The notes under the pieces: model-generated
What the model was told of the DNA's origin: nothing
The model's database searches: none
What the model saw: the letters and a program-made list of their open reading frames with translations, nothing else
Program-made: the position numbers and the translations under genes
Source: Candidatus Uhrbacteria bacterium
Lineage (GTDB): Bacteria; Patescibacteriota; Patescibacteriia; UBA9934
Length of the DNA stretch: 61,444 nucleotides
Reading direction: 5' to 3'
Assembly (NCBI GenBank): GCA_943350635.1
Contig: CALRAI010000002.1
Coordinates: 1-61,444, forward strand
Shown here: piece after piece, positions 19,207-30,300 of the stretch
How positions within the stretch are numbered: position 1 is the stretch's first letter
Layout of the letters: each line of letters starts with the position of its first letter

Positions 19207-19252
19207 CGTTGTGCGGTCACTGTGGTGCGCAGTACCACATCTTCGCCCGGGA

Positions 19253-19702
19253 TCAGATCCCGCTGACGAACGAGGGGGCTTCGAGAGCGTCCCGGGTGAT
19301 CACGAGGACGGTGTCCCCGGGCCACACGGCGTCGAACGCGAGCTCTTCCTCACCGAACTTGTCGCGGCGGCACACACCCGCGTTTTTGCCGAGGCGATCA
19401 CACTTCGCGGTGTTCAACCGCAGCAAGTCCATGTTGTAGCCGACCATTTCCGCGCGCGAGCGCTGGTAGACGGCGCCGATGGTGCCGAGGTCATCCCCGG
19501 TCTTCACGACGACGGCGACAAGCTTGGCCTTCACGGGTACCTGGACTTCGATATTCCTCACGATCTGCTCGGCGGGGCGGGTGCCCAACCAGAGAAGAGC
19601 GATCAGGAGCAGTCCGATGACGGCGCTGAGGCCGATCACCGCGCTCTTGAGGGGGTTGGGGGTTGTGGTTTCGGAGGGGGCGGGGGGATCGGTGTGGTCC
19701 AA
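19253..19702 (-). CDS. GC-rich membrane-anchored protein with LysM-like domain
   Basis: TTG start after GGAG; one TM; VVVKTGDDLGTIGAVY...YN...AVWPGDTVLV with a Cys-containing insert. Confidence 0.6.
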   Translation of the reverse strand: MDHTDPPAPSETTTPNPLKSAVIGLSAVIGLLLIALLWLGTRPAEQIVRNIEVQVPVKAKLVAVVVKTGDDLGTIGAVYQRSRAEMVGYNMDLLRLNTAKCDRLGKNAGVCRRDKFGEEELAFDAVWPGDTVLVITRDALEAPSFVSGI

Positions 19703-19826
19703 AATGGACTCCGTTGGCCGGGGTGTGTTGAGTGGCCGAGAAATACTATACCTCATTTTTGGGAAAAAGTCCAGCGAATAGCCTATTTTGAGGAAAAAAT
19801 TGAAGAGAAAGTCGATCAAAACGCGC

Positions 19827-19861
19827 AACGGACCCGGCTTCCTTCGAAGGTCGGGTCCGTT
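19827..19861 (-). terminator. Hairpin terminator related to 19175..19206
   Basis: AACGGACCCGGC...GTCGGGTCCGTT. Confidence 0.7.
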
Positions 19862-19905
19862 CGTACGTCGTGGCCTGTGGCCGGTTCCAATCCTGCCGAA
19901 GCGGA

Positions 19906-20586
19906 TCAGTTCTGGCGGGGCACCGTGTCCGTGAGCATGGGGCCGGAGTTCGCGACGGGGACCGTCACGATCTGACCGACGCGGAGCGTTTCGATCGCCA
20001 GGTTCCCGTGTTCGGGGAAGATCTGGCAGAAGGAGGACTTCCGCGGGGTCTTGCCGTCAGGTAGGAACCCGGCCAAGTAGCTTGCCGAGATCGGCTTGCC
20101 GTCGATCACGCGCGCCTTGCACCAGGCCGTGTTCGTGTCCACCACGTCGGTGTTCGCAGCGCGGAGCTGATCGGGGGTGAGCCCGTTCGCTTTCGCGATG
20201 CTCTCCCAGTTTTCACCGGAGATCACCTTGTGCTGGCCGATGCCCGCAACCTGAGTCGTGACCGGCGGTAGCGGCGGGTCGCTGACGCCGATCGGCACCT
20301 TCGCCTGACCGTTCCAGAGCACGAGGCCCAGGATCAAGGCCGAAGCAGTTGCGATCACGGCGACGCGGCGGTCCGTCGAGCGGTTGGCCCAGTCCCACAT
20401 CCAGCCGATGCCGGCGAGAACGCGGTTCTTGAGCTTCACGACGCCGACACCGAATGCGAGGAACGCTTCGACGAAGCTCCGCGCCGACGGATCGACGCCG
20501 AGTTCGAGCATCTGCTCGTCGGTCAGGTGGCCGGAGTTGGGGGTTGCGGTAGCGGAGGGGGACTGAGGGGGGACGTGTTCGTCCAT
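19906..20586 (-). CDS. GC-rich membrane-anchored LysM-domain protein
   Basis: ATG after AGGAG; TM; HKVISGENWESIAKANGLTPDQLRAAN...LRVGQIVTVP with a long insert. Confidence 0.75.
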   Translation of the reverse strand: MDEHVPPQSPSATATPNSGHLTDEQMLELGVDPSARSFVEAFLAFGVGVVKLKNRVLAGIGWMWDWANRSTDRRVAVIATASALILGLVLWNGQAKVPIGVSDPPLPPVTTQVAGIGQHKVISGENWESIAKANGLTPDQLRAANTDVVDTNTAWCKARVIDGKPISASYLAGFLPDGKTPRKSSFCQIFPEHGNLAIETLRVGQIVTVPVANSGPMLTDTVPRQN

Positions 20587-20724
20587 GGTTACTCCTGAAG
20601 TTACCACCTATAATGTACCACGAAAAATCGAAAATGTACACTTTCGCTAGGGTTTGCGAAGAAAAGTTTTGAATATAGCGAGCTTGGCAAGATTTTGGTA
20701 CTATTTTGTCGAAATCCACACATC

Positions 20725-21837
20725 ATGTCGCTGCTTACCGATACGCTCAAGAATTTAGAAGAACGTCATGCGCTTGCGGTGGCGGCGCTTGGCATTGCGG
20801 CGTCCAAAGCACGGATGATCGAATTGGAAGGGGATATGAGCGATCCAGGTTTTTGGAGCGATCAGGAAAAAGCACGAACAATTGCACAAGAAATGGGGGA
20901 CTTAAAAAAAGAGGTCGAGGCGTGGGATTCCATTGGTGCGGAGATCAAGGAAACACACGACGTGGTACTCATGACGGAATCCGAAGGATCTGCCGACGAT
21001 AAAGTAGAATCCGAACGCCTCGTTACCACTCTTGAGCAGCGATTCACCGCCATGGAGTTCCAGATGTTGTTTTCTGGCGAATACGACAAGAAGAACGCGA
21101 TTCTCTCTTTGCACGCTGGTGCCGGCGGCACCGATGCCAACGACTGGGTAGCAATGCTGCTCCGCATGTTTATGCGATTCGCGGAACGAAAAGGATTCAC
21201 CGTCGACATTCTCGATGAATCGCGTGGAGAAGAGGCGGGATACAAAAGTGTCACCATCGCCGTTCGCGGCAGATACGGATACGGGTTTCTCCGATCCGAA
21301 GCTGGCGTACACCGACTTGTACGCATCTCTCCATTCGACGGTGAGAAGATGCGACACACGACATTCGCATTGGTCGAGGTACTTCCAGAATTCGACGCCA
21401 TGGATGCAGCCACCGTCGAACTCGATATGGACGACGTGCGCATCGACACATTCCTCTCGTCCGGCAAAGGCGGGCAAAGCGTGAACACCACATATAGCGC
21501 CGTTCGCGTGACGCATACGCCAACCGGTATATCGGTAAGCTGCCAGAACGAGCGATCACAGTTACAGAACAAGGAAACGGCACTCAATGTGCTCAAGGCG
21601 AAGTTATTCCAAATCATGGTCACTGCCCGCGCCGAAAAACTCTCGGACATCAAAGGTGAGCACAAAACTGCCGCGTGGGGGAATCAAATTCGGAGCTACG
21701 TGTTGCATCCGTACAAAATGGTGAAGGACCATCGCACGGACGTAGAGACGTCGGACACCGAATCCGTCCTCGACGGCGAACTACTCCCATACATCGAAGC
21801 GTATCTCCGATCGGACGCAGAAAAGCGAAATCAATAA
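20725..21837 (+). CDS. prfB: Peptide chain release factor 2
   Basis: SPF motif (RISPFD), GGQ, ERSQLQNK, WGNQIRSYV. Confidence 0.96.
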   Translation: MSLLTDTLKNLEERHALAVAALGIAASKARMIELEGDMSDPGFWSDQEKARTIAQEMGDLKKEVEAWDSIGAEIKETHDVVLMTESEGSADDKVESERLVTTLEQRFTAMEFQMLFSGEYDKKNAILSLHAGAGGTDANDWVAMLLRMFMRFAERKGFTVDILDESRGEEAGYKSVTIAVRGRYGYGFLRSEAGVHRLVRISPFDGEKMRHTTFALVEVLPEFDAMDAATVELDMDDVRIDTFLSSGKGGQSVNTTYSAVRVTHTPTGISVSCQNERSQLQNKETALNVLKAKLFQIMVTARAEKLSDIKGEHKTAAWGNQIRSYVLHPYKMVKDHRTDVETSDTESVLDGELLPYIEAYLRSDAEKRNQ

Positions 21838-21841
21838 ATCT

Positions 21842-22762
21842 ATGCAATCATCCCTCGTTACTGGCGGCTCTGGCTTCATCGGCTCTCATCTTGTGGACGC
21901 ACTCATTGCACGCGGGGACGCCGTGACCATCATCGATCTCGTCGAACCAACGCCGGATCGTCGTAACACAAGGGCAACGTATGTCGTCGCTGATATTCGC
22001 GATCGCCAGCTGGAATCGATTATCGCCGACATTGCGCCAAATGCCGTTTTCCATCTTGCGGCCCACATCGACGACCGCGCTTCCGTGCTCGATCCTATGA
22101 TGAACGCCGAGCACAACGAGCTCGGTTCTATCAACGTCTTTGAATCCGCAAAACGTGCCGGCGCAACATCGATCGTCTTCGCCTCAAGTTGTGCCGCATA
22201 CGGCGCACAAGAATCGGTTCCTGTTTCGGAATCGATGACTCCGCGACCGCAGACTCCATATGGTATTTCAAAACTCGCCGGCGAGCTGTACCTCGATTCC
22301 TACGCAACACGATACGGCCTGCACACCGTGTCGCTCCGATTCGCGAACGTGTACGGCCCTCGGCAATATGGGAACAAGGAGGCTGGAGCGATTGCGATTT
22401 TTACGGAAAAATTGTTACGCAACGAAGCGCCATTTTTGAACGGCGATGGATCGACCACGCGAGATTATGTTTTTGTGCTCGATGTTGTTGCGGCCCTTAT
22501 TGCCGCATCGGTGAGTGTGGATTCCGGTGTGTACAACGTGGGGACAGGCCGTGAAATACCAACGGCAGCATTGTACGAAATGATCGCGAGTGAAATTGCG
22601 ACGGATATTCGGCCTATTCCTCGTGCCGACGTCGTCGATGCCGTCAAATGCATGAGCCTCGACACGACATCTATACAAAAAGCGATGTTCTGGCAGTCGT
22701 CTGTAGAGCTGGAAGAGGGGATTCGCGAAACGATTGCGTGGTATCGGAAATTTCTTTCATGA
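21842..22762 (+). CDS. NAD-dependent epimerase/dehydratase (GalE-like)
   Basis: TGGSGFIGSH, YGISK (YxxxK), RFANVYGPRQ. Confidence 0.92.
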   Translation: MQSSLVTGGSGFIGSHLVDALIARGDAVTIIDLVEPTPDRRNTRATYVVADIRDRQLESIIADIAPNAVFHLAAHIDDRASVLDPMMNAEHNELGSINVFESAKRAGATSIVFASSCAAYGAQESVPVSESMTPRPQTPYGISKLAGELYLDSYATRYGLHTVSLRFANVYGPRQYGNKEAGAIAIFTEKLLRNEAPFLNGDGSTTRDYVFVLDVVAALIAASVSVDSGVYNVGTGREIPTAALYEMIASEIATDIRPIPRADVVDAVKCMSLDTTSIQKAMFWQSSVELEEGIRETIAWYRKFLS

Positions 22763-23517
22763 AAAAATCCTTCGGCCAACACTTTCTTCACGACAAAAAC
22801 ATTATCGCAAAGATTCTTGCTTCGGTGTGCCCAGACGCCGATGAAATGATTGTCGAAGTTGGTCCAGGCGCCGGCGCGCTCACAGAGGGTTTGGCTGTAA
22901 TGAACCACTCGCTCACCCTCATCGAATCCGACCGCGATCTTCTTCCGTCCCTTCATGATCGCTTCCCTTCAGCAACCATCATCTCCGCCGACGCCGCACA
23001 AGTGGACTACGACGCCATCACCGTCGGTCGATCGTGGATTTTCGTCAGCAATCTTCCATACAACGCCGGAAACGCCATTCTCGAGAAGATATTTCGATCA
23101 AAAAATCCTCCCCGCGAGCTTATTGTCATGGTTCAGAAGGAGGTGGGGGAGCGCATGATGGCAAAATCGGGGGAGATGAGCGTACTTTCCGTGGCTACTC
23201 AGCTGTATGCCGACGTTCATCGCCTTTTCATCGTCAAACCCGGCGCATTCATCCCTCCGCCAAAAGTAGACTCGATGGTGCTGCGGATAGTGACGAAAAA
23301 CAACATCCCTAATCCCGAACCCATCATCGCTCTTGCAAAAATCGCCTTTGCGCATCGCCGCAAGCAACTCCGTCAGACTCTTGCGCAAGCAAACGTCGCC
23401 GATATTTCTGCCATTGACCGCGCTATCGAATCCCTCAGCTATCCCAAAACCGTTCGCCCGCAAGACATCAGCACGGAAGATTGGATAAGGCTTTTTGACG
23501 CGCTGACCCCTTCCTGA
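22759..23517 (+). CDS. rsmA: 16S rRNA dimethyladenosine transferase
   Basis: KKSFGQHFL, VEVGPGAGALT, SNLPYN, FIPPPKVDS. Confidence 0.96.
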   Translation: MKKSFGQHFLHDKNIIAKILASVCPDADEMIVEVGPGAGALTEGLAVMNHSLTLIESDRDLLPSLHDRFPSATIISADAAQVDYDAITVGRSWIFVSNLPYNAGNAILEKIFRSKNPPRELIVMVQKEVGERMMAKSGEMSVLSVATQLYADVHRLFIVKPGAFIPPPKVDSMVLRIVTKNNIPNPEPIIALAKIAFAHRRKQLRQTLAQANVADISAIDRAIESLSYPKTVRPQDISTEDWIRLFDALTPS

Positions 23518-23592
23518 ACACTTCTCGTTCCTGTGCATACACGATCGGTATTCACTTCATGGCAGTGATATACTTCTCTCACAATACTGCTT

Positions 23593-24318
23593 ATGGCGGA
23601 GGGAGAAAGAATTCTGATTACCAGAAAAAAAGCCGTGCTCAACCGCGAACAAAAAACGGGGTTGGGAATGGTGGTGAGTTTTGGTTCGTTAGCATTGGTA
23701 TTTGGCGTGTTCTTTTTGTGGAAGCACATTGCGTCGCCGTTCGTTATTTCCTACGTTGGTCCAAAGTTTCTCACGGGGGACGAAAAGGCGCAGCAACAAA
23801 TGGAAGCACTCAAAAAGCAGGATACGGATACGGACATGCTCAACGACTATCTCGAGCTGTACGTATACAAAACAAGTCCATATTTGAAGGACACAGACAG
23901 CGACGGCACAGAAGATGGCGTGGAAATTGCGCAGCAACAGGATCCAAATTGCGCAGCAAATCAGCCGTGTGCGACTGCAGCGGCAGAAACGGTGAGCGCC
24001 TCCACACTCAAAGGAACGTTTGCGGAGGAAATCGCGGCAGAGATTGGTGCAATTCCAGAGCCTGGAGCAATACCAGAAAAGATCGACCTTGTGGGAACGC
24101 TCAACCAAATGACCATCGACGAAGTTCGATCGTTACTCATTCAGTCCGGTGGTGATGCCGCTACGATCAATGCGCTAACCGACGACCAGCTTCGTGCGGC
24201 ATTAAGCCAGGCGCTTTCGCAGCTTGAAGGCACGGGTGTGGTAACAGACAGCACAACGACGACGTCCACAGATGCAGAATCCGGATCGGATACTCCTGCT
24301 GAAAACCCTACGGAATAA
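23593..24318 (+). CDS. Membrane-anchored protein with DxDxD (TSP3-like, Ca-binding) repeats
   Basis: N-terminal TM; DTDTDMLNDYLE...DTDSDGTEDGVE. Confidence 0.75.
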   Translation: MAEGERILITRKKAVLNREQKTGLGMVVSFGSLALVFGVFFLWKHIASPFVISYVGPKFLTGDEKAQQQMEALKKQDTDTDMLNDYLELYVYKTSPYLKDTDSDGTEDGVEIAQQQDPNCAANQPCATAAAETVSASTLKGTFAEEIAAEIGAIPEPGAIPEKIDLVGTLNQMTIDEVRSLLIQSGGDAATINALTDDQLRAALSQALSQLEGTGVVTDSTTTTSTDAESGSDTPAENPTE

Positions 24319-24321
24319 CGT

Positions 24322-27300
24322 ATGAAGGAACGTTTACGAAAATTTCTCGCAACAGGAATGCTGATGATAGTAATGTCAGCTTTCTCTTCTTCGTTATTGT
24401 TATATCCAAACACTGCTCGTGCAGAAATGCCCGTTATTCAAATTACGAGCTTATCTGACGTTGCAAAATGGTTAGTAGATGCATTAAAAGCGATCGGTGA
24501 AAGCGCATTGCTTGCTTCGATATCCACGGCGCTAATCAATACCACAACATACGCTGCGGATCGGTTGGCATACGATGCTGCGGTGTTTGTAGCCTCCGGG
24601 GGAAATGGCGAGGATCCATTATTCGAAAATCGTTCCGTTGGGGATTATTTCTCAGACTACGGTGCTTCTGTGGCTGGAGAAGCACTTGGAGCAATCGACG
24701 ACACGGGAATTTTGGGAAATTTCAGCTTGTGTGAGCCGAACGCATCGGGCGTAACGTTGGCATTTAAATTTGGTATCCAGGCGGCATTTACTCGGCCAGA
24801 GCCATCGTGTGACTTTAACGCCGTAAAAGAAAATTGGAATGGATTCCTGAGCGACGTAGAATCCATGGGGGAGGACCCATTTGGAAAAAACTCGCTCATC
24901 ACCACCAAACTTTCCGGAGCATTCAATCCTGGAGAAAACGATTTCTCAGTGGGTATCCAGCTGTACAGCGACGTGTTGAATAAGGCACAGACCGACGCCG
25001 CGAACAGCACATTACGAACAATGTTCGCTGGATTTTTTAAAGAAAAAACAGCTTTCATTAATGGAAAGGTGGAAACACCATCGGAGATGATCCAGAAGCG
25101 ATTAGACGATTCCATTGGGGAATCGCAAGAAATTCGAAACAAAATTCAAGTGCAGGCCCTGGCAGACCCAAAGATTCTCACACAAATTGCAAAGCACGCA
25201 GGATCCGTATTCACGAACACGTTGCTTTCAAAAGTTACAGAAAAGCTTTACGACGGATTGTTTGGTGGCATAGATCAGACAGACATTGATCCATTTAATG
25301 CTGATAGCGTGGGAACCGGTAATTCTAGCGACGCTCGAGCAGCATTCCGAGAGTTTTTGACTGCAACCCCGGTATCGATTGATAACTTTAGTCAGTTGGG
25401 AGAATTTAGCGCATGTCCTTCCAGCGGAAAGAGCTTGTATAACTGTGTATCGGACACTAATCTTGTTACTGCTATTGGACGTGCAGAGGCTGGTTCGGCA
25501 ATGACCATTGCTGAGGCGATTGAAGAAGACTTGCTGAACAGTTCCTGGCCTCTCATCCCTTCATCGGATACTGCGCGGGACCAAGATCAATTCTGTTATT
25601 CGTACGGATACTGTCATGGAAACCTCGTGAAGCTTCGAAAGGCGCGTATTATTTCTACCGGTTGGGAACTTGCAGCAGAAAGCGCAGCAAACAGTGCAGG
25701 AAGCCCGGTAACGCTCGGCGAGGTTGTGGATGCGTTTAACGATTGTAGCGATACAGGTGAACTCGATGATAATCATCCATGGTGTCATCTTATCGATCCC
25801 AATTGGATTTTGAAATATCCTGCCACGCAATGTAAGGCGCAGGTATACGGCGAGCAGCTCGTCGCATCTGTAACCGATCAACGTCAGGATGTGTGTGTAG
25901 ACATGCCAAGTTGTATTGATACCGATAGCAACGGTCAATGCACGGGTGGCTACGGATATTGTGTGCGTGAACAAAATACGTGGCAATTCCGTGGTGAAGA
26001 ATGTCCGGACTACTACGCTTCCTGTTTGACATTGGAGGATCCTGAAGGCACAGAGAAGAACTTCATCATGAACACTACAAATTCAGATAATTGTACGGCG
26101 GACAACGCAGGATGTTTGTGGTACGCCACACAAATGGAGGACGACGGCACAGATACATCAACCTTCGCATTTCCAGATTATTCCGATACCACCGTGTTTG
26201 CTGCAGCAGAAGCCGCAACGGATATATATAAAAATCGCATCTATTTCACGTCGGCTGTTGCGGAATGTGATAGCAGCGGTGCAGGCTGTCGCGAGCTTGT
26301 GTCTCGTGCCGACGGCGTTACATTGAACATGATCAGTAATCCGTCGTTTGAAAAAGATGAGGACGAAGACGGTGTGCCTGATGGATGGGTGATGGGAGCA
26401 GCAGATGAACAATTCAGTATAGATTCTACGGTAATGCTCGACGGATCCAGTGCGGTGAATCCAGGCACGGGAATTTTCTATCAACCAGGAATCGTCCTCA
26501 CACAGGGAGCAGAATACACATACTCAGTCTATGCCCGACAAGGCTCAAGCACCGGCGTTGCGACGAGTGCCTTATTAACGTTGGGGCGAAGCGATGGTGT
26601 TGCGATCGATCTAAATGGATACGCGCTTGAGGGCGACTGCAATATCTACGCAAGTGAAGAGAATATTCTCGAGATTGTTGGCACGCCAAGCAGCACCACA
26701 TATGAACGATTCTCATGTACGTTCACGGTGCCAACGCTTGAGGACTCCACGGTGGAGATTGCAGCGTTCGTGGACGTGATGGGTGGGGATTTGTGGTTTG
26801 ATCAATTGCAATTAGAACAAGAATCCGAAGCATCAGACTATCACGAAGGATACAGCGACACGGTGCTCGACTTATCCTACGTGAAAGTTGCGCCGGCATA
26901 TTTAGGATGTACTGGGGATCCAGATACAGATGCAACAAACTGTGCGGACTACGCCACCATGTGTTTGGAAACAGACGTTGGATGTTCGCTCTACACGCCA
27001 AGTAATGGTGATCCTTCGGTTGCCGGTATCACGGACAGCCTCGATGAATGTCCCGAGGAATGTGTGGGCTACGACACATTCAAGCAGGAAGCAACCAACT
27101 ACGAACCGGATGGGGAATTCCCAGTGTATTTTATTCCAGACAGCGCGGACACGTGTTCCGCTCAGGCGGTGGGTTGCGATGAATTCACCAATATTGCCAC
27201 GGAGGCATCATCCTACTTTACCAGCCTTCGTTCCTGTATTACGCCAACACAGGCCGCGTTAAACTCCACCACGTCCGATGATTCTGCAGTATTTTACACA

Positions 27301-30300
27301 TGGGAAGGGTCAGACACTTCGGGATACCAGCTGAAAACATGGAACCTGTTGGAATCAGATATGGGCGCAACGGCATACACATATGCCGACAGCGGAGAAA
27401 TCAACACCGCACCAAACGCGGCACCATGCACCACATGGGTTGCAACAGCAACAGGAATTACGTGTAACGACGACATTGCTGGAGTACTCACGAGCGACAG
27501 CGCAGACTGCGACGAACACGACGATATTATTACCAATCCAGACTGCCGCGAATTCTACGACGCGAGCGGAGTAATTCATTACCGTTCCTGGAGTAAAACG
27601 GTCACTGTGGACTCCGCATGTGTCACGTATCGCAAAACCGATATCGCATCGTCGTCAACCACCACTGCGAGTGCCAACTGCGGGAACTCTGGAGGATACT
27701 TTGATTCGGTTATCACACAATGCCGATACTACGGATTTGTGGAGGAGAGTATTGAATGTTCCGCGAGTGAATCAGGATGTCGGGAATACACCGGTGGCCG
27801 AAGTCGCGATAGCCGTCAGGCATTGGCGGAGTATTTTGAAGACGGCCTCACCAGTTGGGACGCAGCAAGCGCAACGAACGTCACCGTGTCCAACGAATCC
27901 ATCGCAACGGACGGTCACTCATTGCTTTCCAACGCAGAATCGGTATGGACATATGTGGGGGATTACGGATCCACCTGTGCAAGCGACGACGGATGTACGC
28001 CAACCGCCGGAACCCTTGGTGGCACGTGTACCGCAGCGAATGGCGATCAGTATTGTGGAACATTAGACGACCAACTCTACGGAGATAAAACCTACACACT
28101 ATCATTCTGGGCAAAAGGAACTGGCACGCTCATGTTTGGCTTCGATGAATCGTTGATTGACGGAACTCGTGCTGTAGATGTGTCCTTTGTGCAGGATCCA
28201 ATTACGCTCGACACCGAATGGCATGAATATTCCTACGGTCCGCTCGACATGAAGAGCAGCGAATACCCAGATTTTGGAGACGGATCGTCTGCTCTCGTCT
28301 TTACTCCAAGTATCGGCGGCACATTCTATTTGGACAACGTGATGCTTCGTGAAGGAGAAGATAATATTACGGTTATTAAGAATTCATGGATTACCCCAGC
28401 GTCGTGTGATCAAACTGCAGAAGGAACCGTATCGGACCAATACATGTTGGGATGTCAGGAATATACGGATCAAAATGGTGCCGTGGCGTATTTGAAGAGT
28501 TTCAATTCGTTGTGTGAAGAATCCCAAGTGGGATGTTCCTCATATTTCATGACGCAGGAATCGGACGCTACTGGCGCTGCGGTATACGGCGCATATTGTT
28601 CCATGGTCGATGGCAGTTCCACGGTGTATGGCGCAGAAGCAACGAGTGCGACGTCGTGTTATTACGCGCTGAATAGTGCGAAGACAGCGTACGACACAGA
28701 CAGCCAGTTCCTGTGTACGATTGGTGTTGGTCAGACAAGCTGTGAATTCGATCTGAATTGGTATGCAACGCTTGAGGATCTCACGTCGTATCACCCACAT
28801 TTGTCCTATAAAGGATCGACAGTGATTTCTCCAGCGGACAAAGATGTGTTCCTTGTGGTGAACTCCGATGTGGAATGTACAAGCGACGTTGCCGGCTGTA
28901 CGGAAGTTGGGTTGCCAACATTTAGTCAGGATCACACGAGCGTGGCAAGCTGGACGAGCACGTATCTCATGAACATTCCTGCCGACTACGCCACCACGTT
29001 GTGTACGGAAAAGGGATTGTATTGCAATGCATGGACGGATGGGGACGGCTCCACACACTACTTTAAGGATCCGCAGGATCAAACGTGTGAATATCGCACC
29101 GATGTTACGGTTGACGACGTCACATACGACGGTTGGTTCAAGACAGGTCTGGATGAATGGTGTGCAACGACAACAACAACAGCAACAGATACCGATGGAA
29201 CAATAATAACAACAATCACGCCACAGTATGTCATCGGCGGCGACGTTTCTGGAATTTGGCGCAATGGAGACGACGACTACAGCAATTGGGTAGGAACATG
29301 TACGGATGAATACGATAGCTGTACGGAATATCAGGATCTGACCGATCTTGATTCGGACGACATATACGGTGTTTCAGACGGCACAGGATACACATATCTC
29401 AACAACGATTCGTTAATGGACAACAGTTTGCCAGACAGTCAGAAATGTAATGGGCAGGTGAGCCAAAAAGAAGGCTGTGCCTTGTTCAACGATTCCAGCG
29501 AGCCGTCCAAAACCGCAAACATGAGTGCAACATACGTGGCAAGCAAACATGCCGACGTCTTGTTTGGAGGTGCACCAAACGGCATGGTGGATCCTATCGA
29601 CTGTGAAGACGACAACACGACTATCACCACATCCACAGGTGCAACAGTAGACTTGTGTGCAAAGCGTTGTCGGTACATCGCGGACGATTACTACGACATT
29701 AACGGTTCAGACGAAACGTACATCTACGACGGCTCGTGTTACGACAATACGGATTGTCGTCCACTCGCGAGTGAATCAAACGAAACGATTGATGGATCGT
29801 GTATTTCAACGAGCGACACCGCACTCATGCTGGAGAACGATGCAAACACCGTGCTCAAGGTGGATCGGGACCGTGAGTGTAGCGAATGGTTAAGTTGTTC
29901 AGATTCTCAAACCACCTGGGACGAGCGCACCAATAGCTACAAAACCATTTGTGGCGACATCGGCCTATGTACCAAATACGCCACAGATTCTGGCAACGCA
30001 TCCTTCTGTTCCGCATGGAGCAGCGATGCGCCAGCAGAAGTATTGGATCAAGACGTGTATTCCGAGCGTGATGTTTCGTGGTACGGCGAAGACTATTCCG
30101 GCTACGCCATTCCCGGCACCTTGCCAGTAGACCAGCTCACCCAAAAGAACGTTGCTCCACCAGCGGGGTATTGTAATACGGCATCATCAAGCGATAGTAC
30201 GATTGCGGCAACAAACGGTATCGAGTGTAGTGACGACAGTGAATGCCGACCGGATGGCGGAGGTACTAGCGAACATACGTACTGCCCGAGCGAATCAGAA

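Noticed and set aside
19175..19861. attC-like sites (AAC...GTT hairpins after cassette-like genes)
   Set aside because: Only 32-35 nt, with no extrahelical-base pattern and no integron integrase; better explained as terminators.
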